64,000 bases of DNA from the human T2T-CHM13v2.0 reference genome, Homo sapiens, in NCBI RefSeq assembly GCF_009914755.1, contig NC_060927.1; one strand, written 5' to 3'. Made by a program: the position numbers and the translations under genes. Positions 27,310 to 40,560 of this stretch are shown here, one piece after another; position 1 is the stretch's first letter; each line of letters begins with the position of its first letter. The notes beneath the pieces were generated by a model. That model was not told the origin of the DNA and made no database searches. It worked only from the letters and a program-made list of their open reading frames with translations.

Positions 27310-29570
27310 TTAATTTTTAAAATTGTAGTATCACTTCCATATAATAAAGTGTACAGATATCATGTTCATTTTAATGAGTTTGGACATTTGTGGATGTATA
27401 TATTCATTGCTGTAGAAAGTTCTGTTTTGAGCAATTGCATTCAATTTCCCCCACCTGCAGAGGCAACAACTTTATGATTTCTATGTTACACATTAATATC
27501 TGCTGTTCTTTGTATATATATAAGTTGAATCCTACAATATGTACTTGCTTGTATCCAAATTCCTTTAATCAGAATAATATCTGTAGGCTTATCCATGTTG
27601 TCAAGTGCATCATAGTTGACCCCCTTTTATTAATGGGTACTATTCCATGATATGAGTCTACCATGATGCAATTATCAGCTCTCTTGTTGATGGACAGTTG
27701 AGTGTTTATAGTTTTAAACTGCTATAAACAAGACTGCTAGAGCAATCTTGCTTATGTCATTGTATTTCTTTCCCTTGTGTAATAAAGTAAGGCCTGAAAT
27801 TTTACTTACAGATGTTTAAAGAACTCAATTTCATAAGAAGCTGTGAAATAGTTTTCCAAGTGGATGTGTATTTTATATTTTACATTTCAATCAGCAATAT
27901 GAGTGCTCTAGCTACTCCAAATCCTCCCCAGTATTCAATGTTGCCAGTCCTTTTTTTGCCATTAGGAAATGTGCAAAATAGGTCTTACTATGAACATTAT
28001 GTAGATTTCATGATGGCTAATGATACTGAAAATCTGTGCATGTGTGCTTATTTGCTATTTTTATATCATGTTATAAATTGTCTTTTCTAGTCACATGCCC
28101 ATTTTCTTAATTTTATTATTTTTATTTCTCCTTTCATTTGTAAAAACACTTATTATATTCTAGATACAAGTGTTCTGTCATTGTGACATTTGGAGAATGT
28201 TTTTCCAAGGCTATAACACACCTATTCTTGATTTGATGAGCAGAAAAGTTTAATTTGCTAAAGTATAATGCATATATTTTTCCATTAGTGGTTAATTCCA
28301 TATATTTCCTGTCCATAAAATTTTTGTCTACTCTAGATTCATGGTAATGTTCTTCTAATTTTGATGCAAGATGTTTAATGATATTATAATTTTACAACTG
28401 TGATTCAGATAAAATTAATTTTTTATATAGAATTCCAGTTTAAATATATTTTATCTATAGAAATATGGCATTTCTTTGACATCATTTATAAAAAGACATA
28501 TATTTCCTATACTAACCAATTTTAATTGAACAATAATCAGATTTAATATCATAATGCCTTGATTATTCTAGCATCACTATAATTTTTGTATCAGTTATAT
28601 AAAGTGTTTCAATTTTGTTTGTTATCATAACTTTTTGGCCATAATTTTGCATTTCCACATAATTTTAAAAATTTGTCAATTTCTAAAAAGCTGGCTATAA
28701 TGGTCATAGGGATTTTGTTAAATGATAAAACAAGCTGGGTAGAATTAAATTCTTATGAACCTTGTTTCCTCCAAGTCATTTAAATGATATATTTATTTTT
28801 TATTTATATTTTAATTTTTTCTCTTTAATGTTCAGAGTAAACATTTGGCACATTTTCACCAGATTTTTTCCTAAACATCTGATATTTTTGATTCTTTTGA
28901 AATTATAGTTTTGTTTTTTATTTTAGTGCATCACTGTAATATAGAAGTACATTTTTAAATTTGACCTTAAATGTTTTGACATTGATAAATTTTTCAGTTT
29001 TAGATTATCTGTTAGAATTTTCATATATTCCTATATACATAATCATGCTTTCTATGAATAAATACAGTTTAAGTCTTTAAATAGTTTCCCCCCTTTACTG
29101 TTTTTTCTTATTACACTCTCTAAGTGTTCAGTGTTATGGTGAATAGAACAAGTATGAGCAGATAACATTGGAATTATGTGAAGTTTTATGTTCAGTATTT
29201 CACCATTAAGTATTATGCTAACTGTAGGACTTTTATAAATACTCAATCAGATTCACTGATTTCTCCTATTTCCTCTTATTTCTACTCTGCTGACACACCT
29301 TATGGTGCTTTTTCCCCCAATTCATGGAATAGGTAAAATGCCATTTTTCCTTTATTCTGTTATTGGAGTAATTGGTATGAACTGATTGTTTAATATAAGT
29401 CAACTTTAAATTCCCAGGATGAATTCTACTGGGTCACAATGTATTATTTGACTTATAACATGCCTGATTTACTTTTTCCCCAAAGTTTATTATTTTTTAA
29501 TCTATGTTCAAAAAGAATATTGGTTTATTTATTTTCTGAAAATATCTTGGTCAGCTTTTGATATAACGGC
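27310..29570 (-). mobile_element. Highly degraded L1ME-type 3' UTR and ORF2
   Basis: T-rich reverse L1 text; ORF 29052..29246 'KSPTVSIILNGEIL' resembles ORF2 RT 'KPTANIILNGEKL'. Confidence 0.75.
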
Positions 29571-29718
29571 AATTAGAAAAACAAGACACATTGTAGATTT
29601 CATTAAAGATATTTACAATCAATCATAAGTATCATAAGGACACTGCACACTGATAATTTGACAAAAAAAATTTAAAAAGGACAGAAATTTATAAAATGCA
29701 TTTTTATAATCCATTCTT

Positions 29719-30012
<294 letters not shown>

Positions 30013-30128
30013 TATAATCCATTCTTATTTTTGTTTTCTTCTAATTTTTATTCTAAATCTTTTTTCTTTTTCTTTCTTTCTGTATCAGTTTTATAGAAGA
30101 TGTCTCCTTCAATCCTCTTAAAGATACC

Positions 30129-30646
30129 TGTGGTAGATCAAAAGAGGTTCCACATTCTTTGCCATATCTCTACTGAGAAACATGAACTATTTCATCTACT
30201 CTCAGATCTTCCTGGTCCTGTGATTGGGTTTGACTGATAGAATACAGCAGAAGAGATGCTGTGATTAATTCTGAGGCAGTGTCCTAAAAAATTTGCAGGT
30301 TCTACCTTCACATCTTGAAATATTTCTTTTCAGAACCACCATGCTCTGAAAAATCCAAATAAACTGGAGAAAGAGCCATATGAGAAGAGCAAAGTCATGC
30401 TGTCCAGTCTCAGCAGACCCCCAGGCTACAGCCAGCAACAAGTGCCAGCCATGTCATCCAGATGTCTTGAATGTTTCAGCCTCAATCCTTCAAGTGAACA
30501 CAGTTCCAGAAAACAGTACATGAAGAAGAAAGACTATGCAGCTGTTCTAAGTCAATCTAAAAATAATACCATAAAGTGACACTTCGGTTTTCAGCCACTA
30601 AGTTTTGAGTTATTTGGTATGCAGCAAAAACAGATAATAGAAATAC
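30129..30646 (+). mobile_element. MLT1G/H-like solo LTR, copy 1 of a local duplication
   Basis: Starts TGTGGTAGAT...cacattctttgcc, has 'gatagaatacagcagaagagatgctgtg', ends 'agccactaagttttgagttatttggtatgcagcaa...aca'. Confidence 0.78.
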
Positions 30647-32132
30647 ATACAATTTTCTAAATATTCTTCTATTTTTCTCCATAGAATATTTTTATAGTCA
30701 TGTTAAATAATGCAGGGAGCATGCAATACTTAAGCAATTGTTAAATAATACAAGTTTTAATATAAATTAAGACATGAAGTTGAAAAGAGTACAAGCAAGT
30801 TTCAATCCCAAGCCAAGAACATAAAAACTTCATCATGTCTTATTTCAGGAGTCTATTGTTACATGGTATGAATAGAGCTAGGAAGAAATTCATGAACTAA
30901 AATATATAATCTTGGCAAAATATAACACTAAAATACTAAAAACTATCAACAATATCCTACGGACCGGGCAGAATTGAACTAGTAAACCTCAAATACCAGT
31001 TAAAATGTGAACCTGTAGTATTTAAATTATGTCGTTGGACTATTTCTAAAAAGATACTAATAGCAATCATTTATCAAGCATTTATATGAATTACTGCAGG
31101 AGCTCCATGCACACTCCTTAAGAAAAAATGAAGATTTACCAAATATGCAATATTGTATTGTACAGTGTAACCCTGTGCTATTGTCTTCCTCTCTACTGAA
31201 CGATCTAAAATTGTTATGATGTGTACACATTTTACATTTATAACATTCATTGACATTTAGTCTAATTAATTATTAGTTCAGCATGCATAGTCTATTTGTA
31301 TTAGTCATGTCCATATTTGCAACTCAAAACACAGAATTAACTTTTCGAAGGCTACGTAGGAGATGGGATTCTTTATTTGGGGGATGAGGGAAAAATATTC
31401 TATATTTATCATATGCTTTGAAATGTTTCCAATGCCTTTATTTGACTGATAGAGATTCTTGTGTGTGTGTGTGTATTTATATCTGTGTGTGATCAAAATG
31501 TATGGAGTCATAAAAAAAATCCACTACTTAGTTTCAAATATTTGAATGATCTTTGAAATTCATTTAGAATAAGTTACATAATTAAAGCTGCCTTAATTTT
31601 TTTAAACCAAATAGCCCTTTATAGAGTTTGCACTGAGAGCTTCTTTGCTTTTCTCTATTCTTCCTGTAATGTTCTTGTGATTAATTCAAAACCCATATGT
31701 ACTCTCTCAAATTGTTACAGGTAGTTAGATAGGCATGCGTGGGGCAGGAGAGGGCTTTTCCCTCACCCACTAGGACTGTCAGGTGTTGATTTGACGTTTA
31801 TAAAACTTCTCTAAAAATGATAATTTGGCAGCCACAGGGAGAGACAATCTCCTAATGATCCAGAGCTATTATCATTAAAAGTGTTAATTGAATTGCAGAT
31901 GCCATGGAGAAGAAACTTCCTGGCCATACGCACTAATAGATAAAATGGCGAAATGTGACCTTCCGGGTACATCCCACGGGAAAAGGGAAGAAAGCCTCAG
32001 ATGGGCATGTGCCCAATTTCCTAAACACGCTAGGCGTGCTCAATTCCCAGAAGTAAAGAGGGCACTGAGCATGCAGGAAGCTCATCCTAAGGGAAGAATC
32101 ATGGGAAAGAGGGTGAGTCTATGAAGCCCTAG

Positions 32133-33434
32133 TGAGAGGTGACAGCGTGCTGGCAGTCCTCACAGCCCTCGCTCGCTCTCGGCGCCTCCTCTGCCTGGGC
32201 TCCCACTTTGGCGGCACTTGAGGAGCCCTTCAGCCAGCCGCTGCACTGTGGGAGCCCCTTTCTCGGCTGGCCAAGGCCGGAGCCGGCTCCCTCAGCTTGC
32301 AGGGAGGTGTGGAGGGAGAGGCGCGAGCGGGAACCGGGGCTGCGCGCGGCGCTTGCGGGCCAGCTGGAGTTCTGGGTGGGCGTGGGCTTGGCGGCCCCGC
32401 ACTCGGAGCGGCCAGCAGGGCAATGAGGGGCTTAGCACCCGGGCCAGCGGCTGCGGAGGGTGTACTGGGTCCCCCAGCAGTGCCAGCCCAGCGGAGCTGC
32501 GCTCGATTTCTCGCCGGGCCTTAGCTGCCTTCCCGCGGGGCGGGGCTGGGGACCTGCAGCCCACCATGCCTGAGCCTCCCACCCCCTCCGTAGGCTCCTC
32601 TGCGGCCCGAGCCTCCCCGATGAGCGCTGCCCCCTGCTCCAGGGCACCCAGTCCCATTGACCACCCAAGGGCTGAGGAGTGCGGGCGCACGCGCGGGACT
32701 GGCAGGCAGCTCCACCTGCAGCCCCGGTGCGGGATCCACTGGGTGAAGCCAGCTGGGCTCCTGAGTCTGGTGGGGACGTGGAGAACCTTTATGTCTATTT
32801 CAGGGATTGTAAATACACCAATCAGCACCCTGCGTCTAGCTCAGGGTTTGTGAATGCACCAATGGACACTCTGTATCTAGCTAATCTGGGGGGACGTGGA
32901 GAACCTTTGTGTCTAGCTCAGGGATTGTAAACTGGCACCAATCAGTGCCCTGTCAAAACAGACCACTCCGGCTCTACCAATCAGCAGGATGGGGGGGGGG
33001 GAGGGGGCAGATAAGAGAATAAAAGCAAGCTGCCTGGAGGCATCAGTGGCAATCCGGCAGGGTTCCCTTCCGCAGGGTGGAAGCTTTGTTTTTTCGCTCT
33101 TTGGGTCCACACGGCCTTTATGAGCTGTAACACTTACCGCAAAGGTCTGCGGCTTCACTCCTGAAGCCAGTGAGACCACGAGCCCACCGGGAGGCAGGAA
33201 CAACTCCAGACGCGCTGCCTTAAGACCTGTAACACTCACGGTGAGGGTCTGCAGCATCACTCCTGAGCCAGCGAGACCACGAACCCACCAGAAGGAAGAA
33301 ACTCCGAACACATCCAAACATCAGAAGGAACAAACTCCAGACGTGCCACCTTAAGAGCTGTAACACTCACCGTGAGGGTCCGCGGCTTCATTCTTGAAGT
33401 CAGTGAGACCAAGAACCCATCAATTCCGGACACA
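32133..33434 (+). mobile_element. LTR12C solo LTR (ERV9), CpG-rich
   Basis: Starts TGAGAGGTGACAGCGTGCTGGCAG, ends CAATTCCGGACACA; 4-bp TSD CTAG (32129-32132, 33435-33438); U3 CCAAT repeats and three U5 'ctgtaacact' repeats. Confidence 0.96.
32790..33050 (+). promoter_or_regulatory. ERV9/LTR12 enhancer-promoter: CCAAT (NF-Y) repeats, G-run, GATA, AATAAAA TATA-like box
   Basis: CCAAT near 32818, 32859, 32938 and 32977; G11-A-G5 at 32991-33007; GATAAG 33010-33015; AATAAAA 33018-33024. Architecture matches the known LTR12 promoter; activity not shown. Confidence 0.7.
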
Positions 33435-33744
33435 CTAGGAAGAAGGTAAAATGTTCTCTGACCTTCATGCACCCTCTGGGATATCTTCGAAGTGAACTTT
33501 CCTTTCTTTCCTGTTCTAAAGCCTTTTTAAATAAGCTTCCCCTCCTGCCCTGAAACTTGCCTCAGTCTCTTTTTCTGCTTTATGCCCCTCAGTAGAATAA
33601 ATTCTTTCTTCTGAAGAGGCAAAGACTGAAATTGCTGAGGACCCATATGGATACGCTGCCCATAACTCAAAGTAAATCGGATTCCTGCCACTGGTAACAA
33701 AATAAGTAACTTGTAAGAGTTGCCTGGACTGTGGAATAACTTCT

Positions 33745-33940
33745 TGGTTAAAACATAGGTTTAGTCTCTTAGGGACTTTCCTGCCTAAGTTAACTTATTT
33801 TGGTCCTGTAATACTTAGTGTCTGGGTCTGTGAAATTGGGATAATAATAGAATCTAAATCATAAATTTTTTCTAATCTGTATAAAACACTTTAATGCAAT
33901 GATAGAAAAAGGTATCACTCAATAAATGTTAGTTATTTTT
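33745..33940 (+). mobile_element. MIR fragment
   Basis: 'tctgtgaaattgggataataatagaatcta...cactcaataaatgttagttatt'. Confidence 0.65.
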
Positions 33941-34488
33941 ACTACGACTGAAAACATTCTGATGTTACATAATTTATTTGTATTCCACAACTAAACACAT
34001 GTATTTCATATGGTAGGCATATGGGTTAGTTGGTTGATTGGTTGACAATGTTCCTTGATGTCCAAAACCATGTCTTACTTCTTTTTGTAGATGAAAAGTC
34101 CAACAGAATTTTCAGATAGCACTGAGTAACAGAAGAGCCAAATGGATACACACCCCTATGGAACTAAAATAGTTATCAGATTTTCAAAGTTATGTCAAAC
34201 ATAAGTAAATAGTCTAACTTAGTATAGAAGGGTAAGCTCATTGTGTATCTTTACATTTTAATCTTTTAAGGTATTTTTGAGAGAAATCTTTATATTAAGT
34301 GAAACAGTTTCTATTATTATGGAACTGATGTTATCATGAAAGCCATTACAGGAATTATTTATAATGCATTACTGAAATCAGATATACAAAGTTGTAGGAT
34401 TTTCCTTTCCAAACTAGTGGCTGTATCTATTAATTCTCTTGTAACGTAATTAAGTATAAATAACATAGAAATAGTCACTACTTATTCT

Positions 34489-34781
<293 letters not shown>

Positions 34782-35617
34782 AGTCACTACTTATTCTAAA
34801 TAAAACAAAATCCATTAACTCTGAATAGAAAGAACCTTTTAAATTTCCTCTTACTTAATGTTTAAACCTTTTCATTAACCCTTTAGCAAACCCTGTGCTA
34901 GGAATTGTTTCAAGCCTCAGGATGATTTTACAAGAATAAGGAAGCCCACGGGCTAGGTTGAACAACAGAGAGTTTAATAAATAATTAAAATATAATAAAA
35001 GCCATACTAAATTATGCATAGAGGGCTCTTCAATGTTGTGCTGAATATTCTTTGCTTAAGGGAAGGTCTAAATAGTTTTCTTTGTACCAACTGTGGGGCA
35101 CAGTCAGTCAAGGATAGCTAAGTATCTTAGGACTTGCCAGGAAAAAGACTAGCTAAATGATTAGTTTTTGTTGTTGACATTTTGTATTTACCTTAAGTTA
35201 GTATTCTTTAAACTTGAAATTTAGCAGAGGTGTGTACAATACTTAAATTTTCTTCCATCTAAAATTGATTGAGATTCATTAACCCTACCAACCAGTTCAA
35301 CCCAAATCCACAGCTAAGAAGTTAACAGAGAGCAAACAAAAAACGCTAGCAAACAAAGACATTCAGAAAACTTAAATATTTTAGATTTCATTATTAATAT
35401 TCACAATATCTTGTAAGTATCATAAAAAGACACTGCACACTGATAATCTGACAAAAGGCATTACTTAAAGTATGAAAAGGACAGAAACTTATAAAATATA
35501 TTTTTATAATCCATTCTTAAATTTTTTCTTCGAGTTTCTATTTTTTCTGAATCTTTTTTTATTTCTTTCTGTATCAGTTTTATAGAAGACGTCTCCTTCC
35601 ATTCTCCTGAAGACACT

Positions 35618-36150
35618 TATGTTAGATCGAAAGGGGCTACACATCCTTTGCTATTTCTTCTACTGAGCAATATAGCCTATCCCCCCTTCTCACAGATCTG
35701 GATGGCCCTGTGATTGGTTTTGACCGATAGAATACAGCAGAAGAGAGGCTGTAGTAATTCTCAGGCAGCGTCCTAAAAAATCTGCAGATTCTGCCTTCAC
35801 ATCTTAAAATATTTCTTTTTGGAACCACTATGCTCTGAAAAGCCCAAATAAACAGGAGAAAGGCCATATGAGAGGAGCAAAGACATGCTGTTCATCCCCA
35901 GCCAAGCATCCAGGCTACAACCAACAAATGCTAGCATGTCAGCCAGCTGTCTTGAATATTTCAGCCCCAGTCAGTCCTCCAGGTGAACACAGTTCCAGAC
36001 AACAGCACGTAAAGCAGAAAGACTGCAGTTGTTCTGAGTCAATTTAAAAATCATAAGAAATTATAAAACAACATAAAACAGTGTTTTAAGCCAGTTAGTG
36101 TTTTAAGCTACTAAGATTTAGGCTGTATTGTTTTGTAAAAATAGAAAAAT
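35618..36150 (+). mobile_element. MLT1G/H-like solo LTR, copy 2 of a local duplication
   Basis: Colinear with 30129-30646, including shared non-repeat flanks on both sides. Confidence 0.78.
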
Positions 36151-36232
36151 AGAGGAAAGAAATGCATAAAGTTCTTCAAATTGTTCTTCTATTTCTTACC
36201 ATAGAATATATTAATATATTTATAGTCATGCT

Positions 36233-36530
36233 CTTTTCATTTTTTTTAGACGGAGTCTCACTCTGTTGCCCAGGCTGGAGTGCAGTGGCATGATCTCAAA
36301 ACACTGCAGCCTCTGCCTCCTGGGTTCAAGTGATTCTTCTGCCTCAGCCTCCTGAGTAGCTGAGGTGGGATCCAGGTACCCACCACCAGGCTGCCTAAGC
36401 TTTATATTTTTAGCTGAGGCGGAGTTTCACCACGTTGGCCAGGCTGGTCTTGAACTCCTGACTTCAAGTGATCCACCCACTTTGGCCTACCAAAGTGCTA
36501 GGGTTACAGGTGTGGGCCACTGCACCCAAC
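36233..36530 (-). mobile_element. AluS (Sx/Sz-like)
   Basis: T-tract then 'agacggagtctcactctgttgcccaggctggagtgcagtgg...gccactgcacccaac'. Confidence 0.93.
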
Positions 36531-39500
36531 TATCCTTTAATTCTTTAGAGTGCTGCTTTATTTTGCTGATTCAATAGCATACTTGTCCCTTGACATCCAT
36601 AGGTGGATGTGTGTACACATGTGAACATTAGTTTAATCTTTAATAACAGAGTGCTTTATTCTTGAAAACTACCTCTTTTAGGATGTAGTGTCTCACTACC
36701 TGTTTCCTTTCTCTCTTTTTATTTTCTTTGATGTTCTGAAGTTAAAGTAGATTTTTGAAAATTAACTTAGGGCTTATGAGTATGGTGGGGAGAGAAAAAA
36801 TGACCAAATTCATTCTGAAATTGTGCCTTCAAAATGTGGCACATGAAGAGTAGTGCAGTGTCCCCTGAATACTCCTGAGGCTTTCTGGTGGCACAGAATC
36901 AAGGACTCTGAAGAGTGATAAGTGGGTTACAGACACAGTATTTGTTATATTATTTTCATAGAATTTCATTTTATTCTTTCAGTAGATTAAACTAATTTTT
37001 TACTATGCCAAGCATAGATGCACCTTCATTTTTTTCTTTAAAAGTCAGGTCATTTTTTTCCATACCTTATCTACCATAATTTAACAGAAATTGTGTCTTT
37101 ATAAGTATTTTGTTGTTAAATCTGAGGCTTCAATACAGAACATGTTTTTTAAATGGTTATGGAAGTCATAACAAAATTTTCTACTTCTAGCCATTGAATG
37201 TCAAACATAATTCCACTCAAACAATTGTGAGAGTCGTTAAATTTTCCAATAAGCTCATGTTTGTATCTGCAAATTAATCATTTGGGTTCATTCAGTATTA
37301 ACATTGATGCCAATATATTATAAAGAGAACTAATAGTAATGCCAATACTTTTCTCACTTAGTTAACGTATAGGCAGAATAATAAAATAACTTATTAGAAC
37401 ATCAATGAAATAGAATCTGGGAACTTTTATAGATACTGAGAAAAAAAAACAAACCCCAGTGCTGACACTTTGGTCAAAACAGTCATTATCTTGCTATGTT
37501 TGAGAAAAGGTTAAGAAATTTCATGATTAGAATATTACTAAGTCATTTAAGTCATTAAGATTTAAATAGTGCAATGTCTCCTGAATACTCCTGAGGCTTT
37601 CTGGTGGTACAGAACCAGGGACTCTGAAGAGTGGTGAATGGGTTACAGGCAAATTATCTTAGATCATTAAGACTTAAGACTATTAAGTCATTTTTGGAAG
37701 TTGGGTATAAACTATGTAAGCATTAATTAGTTCTGTTATTTTCAAATAGACAGACTTTGCATATACATATGTGTGTATGTGTGTGTTTGTTTATGAATAT
37801 GAATGAAATAAGCATACAGCAGAACAAATATATCACAAGGGAAACGTCATATATTTAACATTTTACAAAAAAATAATGTAGTTCTTACCTTTTATTAATA
37901 ATACAAAGTACAGTCTATTTTCAAAATACACTTATGTCTGAGGTATATTCTACAAATGAAACTGCATTTGTCTAAGATGAGTTTTCCAGAAATGTTTTTA
38001 TCCATATTTGAAAGTGTAAGTAAGTCTTTGCTTAGTAATCATCTTTGAACCGCTTTTAATTTAAACCACTTCTGGCAATCTTTTAGCCAACCATTTCTTC
38101 ATTAAAATGGACCCTATTGTTAAGTACCAGATAGAATTTTCAAGAGGATTTTTCCAGTCACTAAAAACAAGGTCTAACATCATCTCCAGGTATAATTCTG
38201 TGTCAACATAGTGAGAGAGGGCTTGCCTCTTCAAAAGCCAGAAACTAGTTGCAGTGTGACAAATGTTTCCAATATAGTTTTTTGTCTTGCCTATCTCCAA
38301 TAGCAACTTTCAGCTACTTCTTTCCCCTTCACCTTCATTTTCTTTTCCATTACCTCTCATTTCTACCACCATTGTTCAGGAGAAATATGACAGACAATTT
38401 ATTATTTTCTTCATCACATTTTATTAGAATTGTATTACAGGCAAGATCATTGAGAGGCTTTATTCACAGAAGCAGGGAGAAAATCTCAGCCTTTCTTCTC
38501 CTGAGGGACTCAGAATTGGACCATTTTCTACCAGGTTATTGTGTGTGCTTCCAGTGCTATTCAGTTCTTTCCATTTTTAATTCAGAATCTATTTTTTTCT
38601 AGAACTTCCTAACTTATTCACAGCTCCCTGCATTCATCTTTCTTTGTCTATACAAAGAGAGACACATTTATGTACAGACTACAGATTGATACATAGTTAT
38701 TAAAAGAAATATTATATTTATATAAATTTACAAAAAGATGCATTCTCTTTTAATGGAAAGGCATATACCTAATATTACACTATAATATGGAAAGATAAAT
38801 ACATAATATTACATATTCATATATACCAAAAATCAGGAACTATATTCTCATTGATATTTCATCATGTAATGAAAGAAAAATCAATAAAACACAGTCTTAG
38901 TAGCACACTCACTGGTAGATTTAACAAATAATGTGATTTGAAATCTCAGTGTTCAGCATTGTCCTTTCTAGTCAATAGCATGAAAGGGCATTGGAAGTCT
39001 GAAGTGCGTTATCTGCTTAATGCATTTATCCTCCATTGTACACGTGGTTTACCTGCAACATATGTAATATTTTAAACAATGTTTACTTTCTAAATAATGT
39101 GTTATTTCTCTCTATTTTTTTTTCCTGGATAGCACAGTATATAGACAGTATAAAGCAAACTTACAAAGTCTGATACAAGCAGAATATTTTGCCAGAAGAT
39201 TTTTTGACTAGACAGATATCTTTAATTGCAAAGTCTGAGACTGCCCCAAGGTGCTGTTTCTAAGTTGTTGAGCAGGGGGTCATGGAATACCAGCATGTCT
39301 GAAAATAAAAGAACATTCTTCGCAAGTCAAACGAAGATAAGGTATTTACAATTTCATTTTTGCTTGGATGATTTGGATCATTTCCAAGTGTAAAGCAATG
39401 AGGTAACTCCTTAACCTTCAGAGTCAAACCATAAAAGGATCTTTATAAGTAGGTCCTTCTGTGTCTCAGATATAGTATGAAATGGATTAAAATACAAAGA

Positions 39501-40560
39501 TAATACCACTGATGCAACAGTAGTAAAACAGCCTTTTCTTTCTAAATTCAATTCCCTATAAACTTCAGATATTTTATTTTTACTAAATTATAGTTAGACT
39601 TTCTGTAGAATTTTTTGTTTTAATTTGTCTTATCACCTACTTTTTTGTTTTTGTATGTAAACAACGTAACAACTGGAGGTTTCTTAATAGCATGCTCATA
39701 TCTAAATAGTAATCTTTTACATCTTATGCAAAGAAATAATATGTTTGCAAAGCAACATATGATGTTTTACCCAATTCCTGGAAGGAGTTTCTGAGTATAG
39801 TTGGGGAGGTCAAGCATTGAGGCAGAGTTCGGTGACAGGTGCAGGGATAGATAAAAAATGACAGTGAAAATTAAATAATCATAAAAACTTAATAGTGGAG
39901 GTTCCTTAGAAGTACTTGCTTCACTCAGAAATGTCTTCAGAAACTTAGTCATGAATGATTCTTCAACCTCTGCTTGAACTTTCATTTGTGGAAATCTTCA
40001 TGTTTACAAGCCAGCATTTTCTATATTTTAGTCACATTGGTTATTAGAATGTTTAAAGCAATTTTTTAGCATAAGGTGTAGTATTAACCAAACCTTCTGA
40101 TATAAGTAGCATTAATCAATGCATCTTAGTGCAAACTGAGTACATTATCCCATTTATTTTCACTGATAAATTTTTCAATTCAGGCACATCTAGAATCAGT
40201 CTGTTCTCATATTTTTTATGACAATAGAGTTAAAGATTATTTTGGAAAAAAAATTAAAAAAATTTCCACCACTTTTTATTCCTATGTATTTCCTTTTTTT
40301 GTCTTAAATAATCTAATAAAAAAAGTTCATTATTGAATTCTGCCTTTTTATATCTTTTCCCACTTAGTCCCAATCCTTTGTTATACAGACACAAAGTATA
40401 AGTACATATATGTATATATATATATTTTTTCACATGTCAGGCCCTCAGTATTTAAGTAACACTCTTATTCCCTGGTTGATCTTTCAATTTCCAGCTTAAC
40501 AGTCTCAGGTAACAATTAAAGATTAGTCAAATATCATGATTTCACAGCCCTTCATGTTTC

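Larger units (their letters stand above)
31713..33699 (+). mobile_element. ERV1 solo LTR (MER50-like), split by LTR12C
   Basis: TGTTACAGGTAGTTAGATAGGCATG...CTGGTAACA with inverted termini TGTTAC/GTAACA and 4-bp TSD AAAT (31709-31712, 33700-33703). Confidence 0.82.

Noticed and set aside
33120-33410. Three tandem 'ctgtaacact...gagacca' units
   Set aside because: Standard LTR12 U5 repeats.
32139-33472. Overlapping long ORFs up to 211 aa on both strands
   Set aside because: Entirely within GC-rich LTR12C, where stop codons are scarce; no recognisable domain.
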